Below, one piece after another: positions 1 through 13,257 of a stretch of 64,000 nt of DNA; positions within the stretch are counted from its first letter, which is position 1, and each line of letters opens with the position of its first letter. The DNA is taken from the NCBI RefSeq assembly GCF_006345805.1, contig NC_043010.1:62930001-62994000 (forward strand), given 5' to 3'. A program made the translations under genes and the position numbers. The DNA comes from Octopus sinensis (taxonomy: Eukaryota). The notes below the pieces were generated by a model. The model did not search any database. It saw only the letters and a list, made by a program, of their open reading frames with translations, and had not been told where the DNA came from.

Positions 1-388
1 GAACATTCAAGAATTACGCTTCATGTGGTCGGTAACACTCCAGTTTTGAAGATAATCAAGAATCTGGAGTGATTTGGTAAAACTTTAACAATCTTAATAT
101 CAAACTGGTGTGAAGGCAGTAAGCTGGCAGAACCATGCTTGGTGGCATTTCATGTTTTTATGTTCTGAGATCAAACTCTGTTGAGGTCGACTTTTTCGTT
201 TATCCTTTTGGGGTTGATAAAATAAGTACCAGTTGAGTACTGGGGTCGATGTAACTGACTCATCCCCTTGCCGAAATTGCTGGCCTTGTGCCAAAATTTA
301 AAACCAATATTAAACTGGTGTTTAACAAAAACGGTTCTTACAGGAATCATGGCAGATTTAATTCTTTTGTCACCATATTCAGATCACT

Positions 389-600
389 TTAACCCTTTAA
401 TTACCATATTTCTGTTGAAATATTCTAATTTGCTTCAATCAATTTTGAAAATAACAAAGAATTTGGGGAAAATAACTTTGTCATAATAAAGATGGTGTTT
501 GGAGCATAAATTAATATCAAATATTGACAGAAGGTTTTAATTTATATCCCTTTAGACCAGGAACTTTGTACCATAGAACCAGGGGTAGTCATTAGCACTT
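389..600 (+). mobile_element. piggyBac-type MITE variant, right end decayed
   Basis: TTAACCCTTTAATTACCATATTTCTGTTGAAAT start; interior like 29288-29505. Confidence 0.6.
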
Positions 601-737
601 TACTATCTAAACTGGTCATATCTGGCAAAAATATTCTAGCTGTTCAATATTTAGACTAGCCCAGCATGCTAACATTTCTGCCAGCTTGCTACCTTCAGGC
701 AATATAATATTAATGGATGTATGTGTGTGTGTGTGTG

Positions 738-773
<36 letters not shown>

Positions 774-774
<1 letters not shown>

Positions 775-1162
775 TAGCAGTATCGCCCGGCGTTGCTCGG
801 GTTTGTAAGGGAAATAACTATATAAGCATTTTTAGAGATGTAAAGTATAATAGCCATCTCAATATGGCTAACCACAAAGGGGGGGGGGGTGTTACTGTAG
901 CTTTTTACGTTCTGAGATTTAATAATACATTTTTAGAGAGTTACTTCCCTTATATAATAGCAAAAAAATGCATTAAAAATGGGAAAAAATGATGGTAAAT
1001 TTTTTTTAAAATCGTAGACGCGCGCTAATACCCAGAAGGGCTCGATATGAATCACGACTATAAGATACCCGGTTTTGGTTACACTGCACCGCAAAATGTG
1101 GGAGTAGTTAGGAATCTAAATCGTAGGAGACAGACACACAACTTCACTTTTATATATAAAGA
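774..1162 (-). mobile_element. Non-autonomous Helitron
   Basis: Minus strand reads A|TCTTTATATATAAAAGTGAAGTTGTGTGTC ... CCCGAGCAACGCCGGGCGATACTGCTAG|T: 5' TC, 3' GC-rich hairpin + CTAG, A^T insertion site, no TSD. Confidence 0.75.
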
Positions 1163-1698
1163 TATACACACACACACACACACATACATATGTGTATGTG
1201 TGCATGAGTCTGTATGCATATGTATGTTTGTATGTCTGTATAGAGGGAGAAAGGGAGTTAGATAGAAGAGTTTAGCCAAATGAAAACACAGAGATTAAGT
1301 CGATAGAGGGACCTAGTGTATGTGTGAGAGAGAGAAGAGAGAGAAAGAATGAGAGAGAGAAAGAGAGTGAGAAGGAGAGAAAGAAAGAAGGTATATCGTG
1401 ATAGCTATCCCATTTAAGAGGGAAGACTGTATTCTTGGATGCTTATACCCCATGGAAGCCACATCGCATCTATCACCAGGAGAGGAATAATGGAGGAGGT
1501 GGGGGAGGGGTCTCTGCCAAGATGAATTACTCTTGTGCAGACTACATGGAGATAAAGTCTTCAGTGGTGACTCAACAACTCAAAGATCTGGAGTGGTTAT
1601 TTAACCCTAGGTTAGCTCCAACTATGATCAAAACCATGACAGTCTTGATCATCCAGTGTTTTTTTGTTTTTGTTCTCTAATGCTTTTGTTCTCTAATA

Positions 1699-2095
1699 GG
1701 CATAGGAGTGGCTGTGTGGTAAGTAGCTTGCTTACCAACCACATGGTTCTGGGTTCAGTCCCACTGCGTGGCACCTCGGGCAAGTGTTTTCTACTATGAT
1801 CTCGGGCCGACCAAAACCTTGTGAGTGGATTTGGTAGACAGAAACTGAAAGAAGCCTGTCGTATATATGTATATATGTGTGTGTGTGTGTTTGTCCCCAC
1901 CCCAACATCGCTTGACAACGGATGCTGGTGTGTTTACGTCCCCGTCACTTAGTGGTTCAGCAAAAGAGACCGATTGAATATGTACTAGGTTTACAAAGAA
2001 TTAGTCCTGGGGTCGATTTGCTCAACTAAAGGCGGTGCTCCAGCATCGCCACAGTCAAATGACTGAAACAAGTAAAAGAGTAAAAGAGCAAAGAG
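1699..2095 (+). mobile_element. SINE family A (tRNA-like head, CORE-like CTTGGGCAAG, internal TA/TG microsatellite)
   Basis: GGAGTGGCTGTGTGG (A-box-like) ... GGGTTCAGTCCC (B-box-like) ... GACTGAAACAAGTAAAAGAG tail. Partial copies at about 9140-9285, 12260-12625, 13391-13545, 15505-15735, 16040-16335, 16770-16935, 19780-19915, 20335-20500, 34910-35170, 36370-36528 (-), 40420-40690 (-), 40830-41060 (-), 42390-42665 (-), 46200-46560 (-) and 58690-58850. Confidence 0.9.
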
Positions 2096-2184
2096 TAATG
2101 TGTCTTGTTTTTTTTTTAAGATTGCGGGTATAACCTGAGGGAAATTTAGTTGCTATTTCTGTCAAGTCAGGCAATCATATAAAG

Positions 2185-2411
2185 CAGTGGTTTTCAATCA
2201 AGGTCCATGTGACCCTTTGGGTCCTGTACCAGGTTTTGTTGTTAAAATTTAGGGGCAATAAATTGATTGTATTTCTTTAATACACAAAATATGATATTTC
2301 ACTATAAAAATAAAACAGGATTTTTTTTATTTAATGTTGAATGATTTTAGGGGTCCAGTAACATAGGAATCAAAGGGGTCCATAGGTAAAAAAAATGACT
2401 AGGAATCACTG
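2185..2411. mobile_element. hAT/Charlie-like MITE
   Basis: Imperfect TIRs CAGTGGTTTTCAATCA / TGACTAGGAATCACTG; no clear TSD. Confidence 0.5.
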
Positions 2412-3410
2412 AAGAGAATCTCTGATTTGAACTCAATGAATTGTGGGAACGTGTGTGTGTGTGCATTGATATATAGATCCAAACCCACCCCAATTTTCAC
2501 AGGTTATAGAGCAGGACAGATGTGAAATGTAACACCTCCACCTCCAAAGCCCTGCTTCAAACTACATACCAAGTATTTTAGTATTTAGTACTACACACGA
2601 TTTATATATGGGTAATAGCAGTGCTGCCTGAATTTACAAGCACATTAGACAGTTGCCAAAGAGCCCCATAATTCTAGGGGCCTTATGCTTTGGCAAACAT
2701 GCAAGAATGCCAGCGTATTGAATCTTCTAGGGGTATCTAATACTGTTAAAATAAATTTGGATTGAGTTTATACATGCACATGTAGTGTTCATGATGTGCT
2801 TATAACATGTTGAAATCAAATGACTCCAGGTTATGGGTATCCTGATGCACTTACATGTTATAAAGGCCCTGGGTTTTGAGTTTATTATACATGTAATCTT
2901 CATGGTGTATTTACATGTGGAAATGGACCTGGGTTATGGATTTATACATCATGTATTTAGTGGTCCCCATGTACTTATATGTAATAGAACATCATCATCA
3001 TCATCATTTGACTTCCATTTTCCATGCTGGCACGAGTTAGACGGTTTGACAGCAGCTGGCAAGGCTGGAGGGCTGCACACAGGGTCCATTATCTGTTTTG
3101 ACTTGGTTTCTCCAGCTGGATGCCCAGGCTGCTTTTTATATGGCACCAGCACAATTTATATAAACTGAACTGAAGTTTCCTTTTTTGTCTCTAACCAAAA
3201 TAGAGAGGGACCCTTCAAAATCTTAGACTCATACAAGTTGATACAGCTGGGATCCTCCTTCCATCTCAGACTGTGTGCATGTTTGGTTCCTTTATTAAGT
3301 CGGCAATTGTGGATGGGTAAAGTATTCTGTGGCCCCAAAATAAGAGAATGCCAACTATTCTGGGCCATAGGTTATATGTGAACCTAATGAAGGTCCATTT
3401 GGTATTCTAT

Positions 3411-3627
3411 GGTGGCGAGCTGGCAGAACCGTTAGCACGCCAGGTGAAATGCTTAGCGGTATTTCGTCTGCGTTACGTTGAGAGTTCAAATTCCGCCGAG
3501 GTCGACTTCGCCTTTCATCCTTTCGGGGTCGATAAATTAAGCACCAGTTACGCACTGGGGTCGATGTAATCGACTTAATACCTATGTCTGTCCTTGTTTG
3601 TCCCCTTGTGGGTAATAAAGAAATAGG
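3411..3627 (+). mobile_element. SINE family B (tRNA-like head GGCGAGCTGGCAGAA ... GAGTTCAAATTCC)
   Basis: A/B-box-like motifs, then GAGGTCGACTTTGCCTTTCATCCTTTCGGGGTCGATAAA. Other copies at about 115-311, 5900-6112, 6172-6366 (-), 10080-10245, 15257-15435, 29107-29270, 29600-29800 (-), 29850-30210 (-), 32130-32275 (-), 37255-37400, 51040-51240, 60537-60770 and 60820-61040. Confidence 0.9.
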
Positions 3628-3889
3628 TATTCTATGGCCTAAAATTTCTATAAAGTTTGAAGGTATAACATAAACAGTGAGGATGGACTGATATTTCTAA
3701 TCTCATAATTAAAGTCATTCCAGTTATAACCATTCTGTCTTTTTAGCAGATTCAATATTTCCCTTCCTCACGTAAGACGGCTGGGTGTGATTTGAAGGAG
3801 ATTCAGCTGTCATTTCTAGCAAGTTCCATTCCTGCATATGTGAAGTAGAAATTTCCATCCCTGCATATGTGAAATTTCTGCGGTCTTGT

Positions 3890-5230
3890 ACAGTTAAATG
3901 AGACGATTTCAGAATATATTTACGCTGCCCGTCCAATATGCCTGTCCAGCGGTCGATGGTGGGTAAATGGTAATAGTATAATAGAAAGGGAAGTATTCGT
4001 ACGTGAATACGGGAATAATATGGAATGTATGAGAAATAATTGTGTCCTGAAGCTGTTCCGAGTAGATAGGGGAAAGAGGGAGAGAGAGGTCCTGTGTGAT
4101 AAGAGAACGAATGTTAAATAGCAGAAACCTTCGGATCCAGTTATTTAATAAGGGTCAGATTGAAGCCCGTAGGACAGCGAGTTATTTTGCCGGAAGATTT
4201 TAATGTACACGATGTCCAAGACGTTCCCTGATGTCAAGGGCAACAACTTTGCTTTCGCCGTGTCGAGAACAATCTAGAGAGGTGGGGTGGGGGGAAGACA
4301 GTGGTAATTCACAAGGGTATCGACTTTATAAGGGTGTGGCAAGTTTCACAGAGGATAATGCGGGGACGACGGAAGCATTACATAAGGCCACGGAAATAAA
4401 ACGTCTATCGTCTTATGATAAGGTTTCTATATCGCAAAGTCGGGGAGAAAAAAAAAACCCCAAAGAGAATAAGAGAGCGAAAGAGTTAGGGAACCGAATA
4501 ACGTGAATCCCCTTTAGTTCTCATACGTCGTGACCCTTAAAATGTCATCAGAAATAGGAAATGTTCAAGGGAGGTAATCCTCAAAGCCAGTGTATAAATG
4601 CGACACACAGACAAGCGGAAGTGGAGCGTGGTTATCTCCCCTCAGTGTTTACACTCCCCTTCAGTTATTTGGGTTATGGAATCGTTGGCTTAACTCTCTC
4701 ATGTTGATTGTCCAAAGTAAGTACTTAAAAAGCGCTCATTTCAAATTTATTTTTTTCTAAAACCTTCACTGTATCACGTTTGTCGTTAATTATATTCTCT
4801 AAGTGGTCAAGCGGTGTCGATATTTCTCCCACGCTCCGATTTTCTGGTCATTAACCCAACCCTTCGTCTCGTCTCACTTGTTCGAAAGTCGAAAAACTCC
4901 GATTTTCGAATTTACGATTCGATTTTCGTTTCAAATTTCATCCCAACGTACATTTCCCGTACGTTTCGTGCTTAAACGGCATCGATTACATCGATAACAA
5001 GCCCGAAACAACTTCGAACTTTAAAAAAAATTTACACAAAAAAAAAAATCGACACAACTCCACCTCTTTTTTGGAAGTAGCCACAAAGACGGGGTTCATT
5101 TTTAGTAATACTTATATAAGAAAATTAATTCCCCACTTCGTGGCCGCCCGCTGAATTACTCCGCACTGCCAAAGAACCAAAGAAAAAGGATGTGAATTAT
5201 ACCGGATGTAGCGATTTTTGCCAACATTTC
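3890..5230. promoter_or_regulatory. Candidate CpG-rich promoter / first-exon region
   Basis: Non-repetitive. About 22 CpG in 4801-5020 versus about 1 per 300 bp in typical unique DNA (e.g. 11101-11400). TATAAA at 4593, ETS-like CGGAAGT near 4617, Inr-like TCAGTT near 4661, donor-like AAA|GTAAGT at 4717. Confidence 0.5.
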
Positions 5231-6118
5231 ATATTTTTGGGCTTCAAACTAGTTTTCATTTATGAACATTACTATCATTAATATTAATAAATATATATTT
5301 ATATATACACATATATATATATACACAGATGTGTGTGTGTTTATTAGGTAATTGAAACTCCTTTAACGATCTCTGAGATAAACGGGGTCGTCGGATTAGA
5401 AACAGCTGGGTTTAACCGTTTCTGGCGAGGATTGTCACAACACTCGAGAAATTTCGAGTTTATTAAAATAAACTATGGGTCTTCTATCTACCAACTTGGG
5501 AAGAAACTAGCGACAGGAGTGTTGGTCACAATATATATATATAAGAAATACACGAGTTATATATATATATATAAGAAATACAGGAGTTTATATATATATA
5601 TATATGTAGGTCCCGGGTTGAGTCGGGTTAACCACAGTAAATAAGGTACTCAATACATAGCAGAGTAAATTAATTTATTTTATAGAAATAAAAAAATATA
5701 TATATATAAGAAATACACGAGTTATATATATATATATATATATATCTATATCAGAAATACTCGAGTTATATATATATTCAATAGTTAATATATATATATA
5801 GGGAAAGAGAAATAAACGTGGGTATATATACCCGTTTGATAATATGTATTATAAGTGCATACATACATACTCACATCATATATATATATATAATATTTAG
5901 GGCGGTGAACTGACAGAATCGTTTGGGTAACGGAGGGAAAATGCTTTGCGATATTCCGGCTCTTTACGGTTTGAGTTCAAACCTTGCCAAGGTCAGTTTT
6001 AGTTCCCAATCATTCAGGTCCGGATGAAATAAAGTGCCCCACGTCAAATATTAGCGGTCAGTGTAATTGACCGACTTATTTCGCCTCAAAACTGCTGGCC
6101 TTGTACCTAATTATGATC

Positions 6119-6159
<41 letters not shown>

Positions 6160-6468
6160 ATATATATATATATTTCTTTATTGCCCACAAGGGGCTAAAC
6201 ATAGAGGGGACAAACAAGGACATACAAAGGGATTAAGTCGATTACAGCGACCCCAGTGCGAAACTGGTACTTAATTTATCGACCCCGAAAGGATGAAAGG
6301 CAAAGTCGACCTCGGAGGAATTTGAACTCGGAACGTAAAGACAGACGAAATACCGCTAAGCATTTCACAGTATTTCGTATATATATATATATATATATAA
6401 TATATATATATATATAGAAACACAAGCGAACATGTGTATATTACGCCGACATATATATATAATATATA

Positions 6469-6511
<43 letters not shown>

Positions 6512-7042
6512 TAAATAGAAACACAAGCGAACATGTGTATATTACGCCGACAATATATATATATATATACACGCACGCACGCACACATATACATTATATC
6601 ACTCTATCTATTATTGAAAAGCTATAAATTTTATATACAAGGAATGACTGCCATTGTGTGTGTGTGTATATATAAACACGGACATAGATTAAGTATGAGT
6701 AATTGTACGAGTGTCGAGGTTATATAATAGAAAATCCGGTTCGTTCAGTAAAAAATTTTTCAAACAGGAGATAATGGTATTTGTGTGTGAGTAGATAGAT
6801 ATATGTGTAAATATATAAATATATATATTTATTCACGCGAGTTTGATTATGCCGGAAGCAATTACGATTTGTACGAATTTGTGTGTATAAATTGAGATTC
6901 GCTCTCTTAGCTTACTCAGAATTTCACATCGAGCGAACAACATCCACTGTACACAAATCAGTTCCGTCACATGTATTGAGTACTGCTTTTGTTAGGTATT
7001 TCTAACCTTAAAAATGTGTCTGCCTGCCTGTTTGTCTGTCTG

Positions 7043-7116
<74 letters not shown>

Positions 7117-7589
7117 AACTCGTATGTATACATACATATATAAACTCTTCAACATATAAAACTTGTATTCCTATATAAACCCGTATATATACATATCTAT
7201 CTGTCTGTCTATCTATCCATCCACCCACACATATGAGAAGTATATCTATCACCATAGAATTGTAATTTAATATTAAAGCTAAGTTATATGTGTGCATAAG
7301 TTTATAGATTTTTCTAAAAACACAAAAGCAGATCTATACATATACACACAGACACACACACACGTATTTATGTATATGTATGAATGTCAAAGAATGTGAA
7401 ATGTGGTTTTCAATAAATTCCAATTTGAAAAATGTGTGAAATTCCATTTCTTTCACACCTTCTCAGCAACGATTTCTACCAGAGTTGTTCGATTATTGTT
7501 ATTTTTCTTTATAATCCTAAAGAAGCTGGGTTTGTAGCTTAGGGCAATGGATGTCCTACTTGAACACACATATATTTAGATGTAAATGT

Positions 7590-7661
7590 ATATATATTTA
7601 TTCATATGTACAAATATATATGCATACATTCATATATATGTGTATGTATAGTTATACACAC

Positions 7662-7745
<84 letters not shown>

Positions 7746-7839
7746 GACATGCATATATAAATTTGTATGTAAATGTATATATTTATTCATACATACAAAT
7801 ATATATATATATGTATGCATAAATATATTTTCCTCTGTA

Positions 7840-7895
<56 letters not shown>

Positions 7896-7935
7896 TATAT
7901 ATATACACACACATATATATATATATACACATATA
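7590..7935. repeat. Compound (TA)n/(CA)n microsatellite
   Basis: Direct reading. (TATC)n tracts also at about 6115-6160 and 7044-7115. Confidence 0.95.
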
Positions 7936-8334
7936 TGTCTAATGACACTCACATCACATGCTTATAAACATACAGAAAGTCCAGTGTTTCTATAACTTGT
8001 TATATATAGACCTATTGATCAACACCCTCCTTATATAAACAGTTTATGGATCCTGGCTTGTTTAGAACAATGAATAATTTTTTGCCTTCTTATTAATATA
8101 TTAATAAAGACATTTATATGTGTGGGTGTGTCTGTGTTTATGTGTGTGTATATATATATATATACTAACAAAAAAATAACAAATAAGTTATATATGTGTA
8201 TATATATATATATATATGTGTGTGTGTTTATGGTTATATATTGTTTCTCTTTTGATTGTTCGCATACAGAGTGTACAGCCATGCTGGGGCACCACTGTTG
8301 GTGTTAATGCTTGTCTATTTTAGCCTTATTTTCT

Positions 8335-8810
8335 GGCCTTGTCTCGCCTCTGGAATTGGTCCTGGTGAGGTAGTGAGTCACACAGAGCTGTCCTTCTTGC
8401 CTTTCATTGTGTGATGTGGGTTCATCTGGCAAAAGAGATAAAAAATTTGTCTAAATGCTTCTGGAACTCATCCACATCTCCACCTCAAGCATCTCCAAAG
8501 CCTTTTTGGGAAGGTAGTGAAATGGTGTAGTTCTTCAAACCCTAATCTGCTACAGTATTGGATTCTTACTCTAAATGCAGAGGATGATGTCTTTAGAACT
8601 ATACTGTGGCATCAAGTTTGGAGATTGATATAACATTCAATCCCAAAGCTGGATACTAGATCATCCAGGATCTTGCCTTGTATATCTTTTGCATATTTTT
8701 TTTCTCTCAGGAGTTGAACCGCAGTTTGCTTTAGCCTCTCCCAATAACTCATCTGTTGCTCTGAGGCAATCTCCTTGTTTCTTCGTAGTGTAGAGGCGTT
8801 GGATTATATA
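8335..8810 (-). mobile_element. Degraded CR1/Crack-like LINE ORF2 C-terminus
   Basis: Frameshifted minus-strand translation gives RLKQ...KILDDLVSSFGIECYIN and GDVDEFQKHLDKF, resembling LINE C-terminal motifs. Confidence 0.6.
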
Positions 8811-9728
8811 TATAATTTGTTATATACATATATAACTTATTTGTTATTTTTTTGTAAGTACATGCGATAAATGTTCATAAAATGATTATTTTTTTTTACT
8901 TTAGAGTCATGTCAGAGAAGTTGTCAATAAATGAATGTGGCCCGTGGCTTTTGCACCACCCTGGATGTGTGTGTAAGACCTAAAGTACCAGTCAAGTACT
9001 GGAGCAGATGAAATTGCTTCCCTTCCTCCCCCAAATGTGAAATAATCATCATAATTGTGTTAAAATATTGAATATATTATCATCAAATTTCTATGGACAG
9101 AAAGAAAAGGAAAACCTGTGTGTGCCAGGATTTGAACTCACATGTGTGGTTAAGAAGGTTGTTTTACAGTCACGTGGTTTTGGTTTCTCTCCTCCTGCAT
9201 AGCATCTTGGGCAAGTCTTCCAATGCAGCCTTTGGCTCACCAAGACCTTTTGAGTGGATTTCGTAGATGGGAAACTGAAAGGTGTATATGTGCTGGTGTC
9301 ATGGTAAAGGCACTTGTGCCGTTGGGGCATAAAAGCACCAGTTCTGATGGTCTGTAAAGTGGTTGGCTGAAGAAACCATGCTACAACAGACAATTGGAGT
9401 CTTGGACAGCTGACCAGCTGCTGTCAAACCGTCCAACCCATGCCATCATGGAAAACAGACGTTAAACAATGTTGATGATGATATATGTGTGTTTGTGTGT
9501 GTCTCCTTGCCGTGACATTGCATGCTTGTTGTAAATAAATGTCATTCGTTTCCAATATTTGACAAAAACCTATCTGGCCATGGAGAAATATTACCTTGAT
9601 TGGAAACAGGTGAGGGTTGGTGATTGGAAAGGCATCCAGCTGTAGAAAATCTGCCCCAACAAAACTCTGATCCATGCAAGTATGGGAAAGAGGACATTGA
9701 ATTGATAATGTGCATATATATATATAAA

Positions 9729-10065
9729 CACGCATGGCTCAGTGGTTAGAGCGTCGAGCTTACGATCGTGAGGTTGTGAGCTCGAATCCCGGACCGGGCT
9801 GGGTGTTGTGTTCTTGAGCAAGGCACTTTATTTCACGTTGCTCCAGTTCACTCAGCTGTAGAAATGAGTTGCGACGTCACTGGTGCCAAGCTGTATCGAC
9901 CTTTGTCTTTCCCTTGGATAACACTGGTGGCTTGGAGAGGGGAGGCTGGTATGCATGGGCGACTGCTGGTCTTCCATAAACAACCGTGCCCGGACTTGTG
10001 TCTAGGAGGGTAACTTTCTAGGTGCAATCCCATGGTCATTCATGACCGAAGGGGGTCTTTACCCA
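9729..10065 (+). mobile_element. SINE family C (tRNA-like head)
   Basis: TGGCTCAGTGG A box, GCTCGAATCC B-box-like, TTGAGCAAGGCACTTTATTTCACGTTGCTCCAG central domain. Fragments at about 39985-40140, 41955-42110, 43740-44050 and 58050-58290 (-). Confidence 0.8.
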
Positions 10066-10243
10066 TATATATATACTTTTGTGTTCTGAGTTCAAATTCC
10101 CATGAGGTCGACTTTGCCTTTCATCCTTTCGAGGTCGATAAATAAAGTACCAGTTTTGCACTGGGGTCGATATAATCGACTTAATCCCTTTGTCTGTCCT
10201 TGTTTGTCCCCTCTATGTTTAGCCCCTTGTGGGCAGTAAAGAA

Positions 10244-10288
<45 letters not shown>

Positions 10289-10289
<1 letters not shown>

Positions 10290-10583
10290 CTTTCACTGGT
10301 TTCAATTATTAGACTGCAGCCATGCAAGGTTACTGCTGTGAATTTCACTCAAACAGATTGGCCCCAGTATTTCTCCGTTACTAAATCCCTAAGTTATGGA
10401 GACATAAAGGCACCAATTCTAGTTATCAAGTGGTGGTGGGGGACAAATGCAGGCACAAAGACACACATGATGGGCTTCTTTGAGTTTCCGTTTACCAAAT
10501 CCACTCACAAGGCTTTAGTTGGCCCAAGGTGCCAAGCAGTTGGCCTGGTACTTTGTGGTTTGGAAGCAGACTTCTTACCACAC
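10289..10583 (-). mobile_element. SINE family A, decayed
   Basis: Reverse-complement match to 1699-2095. Confidence 0.75.
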
Positions 10584-10622
10584 ATCAACTCTTAAGAATC
10601 ATTTCTCTATTATATATATATT

Positions 10623-10851
10623 TTAACCCTTTTGTTACCATATTTCTGTTGAGATGCTCTGAGTTTCTTTCAATTACTTTAAACATAACAAAGAATTTAG
10701 TAAAATAACTTAGTTATCATTCAGCTAGTTTTAGGAACATAAATTATGACTAAGGTTTGGTGGAAGATTTTAAAGCAAAACTTATGAAAACAAGACGTTT
10801 GTACTACAGAGCCAGAGCTGGTTTCAGCCAGGTTGGTATCAAAAGGGTTAA
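10623..10851 (+). mobile_element. piggyBac-type MITE, family 1 (dimer 1, copy a)
   Basis: TTAA-CCCTTTTGTTACC ... GGTATCAAAAGGG-TTAA. Confidence 0.85.
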
Positions 10852-10874
10852 GAATGGTTTCTCGATTATATATT

Positions 10875-11103
10875 TTAATCCTTTTCTTACCATATTTCTG
10901 TTGAGATACTCTGTGTTTCTTTCAATTAATTTTAAATATAAAAAAGAATTTAGTAAAATAACTTAGCTATCATTCAGCTGGTGTTAGGAACATAAATTGT
11001 GACTTAGGTTTGGTGGAAGATTGTAATTCAAAACTTATGAAAACAAGACATTTGTACTCAGAGCCAGAGCTGGTTTCAGCCAAGTTGGTAACGAAAGGGT
11101 TAA
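10875..11103 (+). mobile_element. piggyBac-type MITE, family 1 (dimer 1, copy b)
   Basis: TTAA-TCCTTTTCTTACC ... GGTAACGAAAGGG-TTAA; close copy of 10623-10851. Confidence 0.85.
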
Positions 11104-11998
11104 ATGACTTCTTTAGGTCAATCTATTACAATTAACTTTTGAACTATGTCTTGCTTACTGGATAAATAAGCTGCCACTTTTTTTCTGTTATATAATCTCC
11201 AAATTAGTGTTTGCTAATATATTATGTTTCATATGTAAGTTAGTATTAAAGTAATTAATACAAGCGCCATTAATTAATAAGGTAAATAAAAAGAGATTTT
11301 TTTGGGGGAAAATGTTATTTGTTGATGATTACCTGAGTTCAGCTACTTTTGTGGCCCAGCTTGCATTTTGTTCTGCCAGGATCATTTACCTGTAACATCT
11401 GTTAAGTACTGGGTTAATTAACTTAGCTGTACAGCCCCCTAATTTTGTGACCCTTTGTCAGTGTTAGAAATCAGTCTTTGTTTCATTTTTGTCATGATTA
11501 TAGGGGATACATTAACACAGATTTCTTTGTTGTATGATGAGGAAGGAGGGCCCCCGGGAGAATTTAGCAATGAGGGGAAAAGAAGGAGTGGGATGATATG
11601 GATGGCAAAACATGATGAAATGGTTGGAAGAAAAGAGGCATTAAACATCAGGAGGTGAGACTATTACAGAAAACAAAGAGCAGAGACTTGTGGTCGGACA
11701 GGATTGCCTATGCCGCCCTTTATTGGTGGCACATAAAAAGCACCATCCAATCGTGGCCATCTGCCAGCCTCGTCTGGCACCTGTGCCGGTGGCACGTAAA
11801 AAGCACCCACTACACTCATGGAGTGGTTGGCGTTAGGAAGGGCATCCAGCCGTAGAAACATTGCCAGATCAGGCTGGGCCTGGTGCAGACTTCTGGCTTC
11901 CCAGACCCCAGTTGCACCGTCCAACCCATGCCAGCATGGAAAGCGGACGCTAAACGATGATGATGATGATGATGACATTGAAAGAAGATAGGAGATAA

Positions 11999-12040
11999 CT
12001 TTGGACAGATTTCTGTGGTATTCTGACCTCATCAGCAAAG
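11999..12040 (-). ncRNA. Decayed hammerhead-ribozyme-like motif
   Basis: Minus strand: CTTTG-CTGATGA-GGTCAGAATACCACA-GAAA-TCTGTC-CAAAG. Perfect 5-bp stem I and GTC site; stems II and III are non-canonical. Confidence 0.45.
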
Positions 12041-13219
12041 CATAGCTTTTACTATACTGTTGAAGTAGTGATGAATGACTTACTAAAGTTAAGCATATCA
12101 GATTGCATTTGTCAATGTCAGGAAATATAATATCTGACACTGAGTGTATTTATAACCTTAAGTGTGGATTACGTTGGTTGTTATGTTGAAAGAGTGGCTA
12201 GAAGAAGCACTTGTGTAGCCAGTTTGTCCACCACATACACATACTACATGTACACACACACACACAAGTGTGTGTTTGTTTATTACTGTTTGACAATTGC
12301 TTGTTAAGTGGTGGCTTTATTTATGTCTGATGACTTAGTGGTTTGACAGAAAGAGAGTAATACGCATTGGAATCAATTTGATTGACTAAACCATTTGAGA
12401 TGATGCAGTGGTGCTCCAGTATGGCCCCAGTCCAGTGACAGATGCAACTGGTGTTGGAGTGTATACGTTCCTGTAACTTAGTGGTTCAACAAAAGAGACC
12501 GTTAAAATAAGTGCCAAGTTTAAAAAAAAAAGTACTGGGATCGATTCATTCAATTAAAATTTTTGAAGGCGGTGCCCCAGCTTGGCCGCAGTCTAGTGAT
12601 TGAAACAAGTGAAAGATAAAAGATATATATATATATCATCATTGTCATTGTAGTCATTTAATGTCTGCTTTCCATGCTGACATGGGTTGGATGGTTCAAC
12701 TGGGGTCTGGGAAGCCAGGAGGCTGCACCAGGCTCCAATCTGATCTGACAAGATTCCTACAGCTGGATGCCCATCTTAGCACCAACCACGCTTGAATGGT
12801 GCTTTTTACATGCCACTGGCACAGGAACCAGTCAGGCAGTACTGGCATCAGCCATGACAATGACTTTACTTGACTCAACAGGTCTTCACAAGCACAGTTT
12901 ATTGCCCAATAATTGAAGAGTACTCTTAAATGGGCTGGTTATGCTGCACTGGCATAGTCCATGGTTATGATCTCTCTTGGCTTGTCAGGTCTTCTCAAGC
13001 ACAGCATATCTCCAAAGGTCTCAATCACTTGCCATCACCTCTGTGAGGCCCAACGTTTGAAGGTCATGCTTCACCACCTCATCGCCCCGCCCACACACTA
13101 ACTAAACATAGAGGTATATGCATGCGCAAATGAAGACACATACAATAGGAATACAAAATACAAAATGGCTGACCGTTAGTAAGGAGAGACACACAAATAA
13201 GAAAGAAAGCAAGGGACCA

Positions 13220-13257
13220 CTGATGAGGTCACAGGAGTGTGACGAAAGAATTCTGTC
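13220..13257 (+). ncRNA. Hammerhead-like core with intact stem II
   Basis: CTGATGA-G-GTCAC-AGGAGT-GTGAC-GAAA-GAATTCTGTC; stem I not evident. Confidence 0.35.

Noticed and set aside
3724-3936. 70-aa minus-strand ORF next to the CpG-rich region
   Set aside because: No recognisable domain or clear splice sites; it contains a local ~28-nt duplication. It cannot be excluded as an exon of a divergent gene.
5540-5780. CRISPR-like repeat-spacer array
   Set aside because: Eukaryotic context, spacers are (TA)n, and no cas genes.
9729-9800. tRNA gene
   Set aside because: A/B boxes are present but the anticodon and acceptor stems do not pair, and the sequence continues into a multicopy SINE body.
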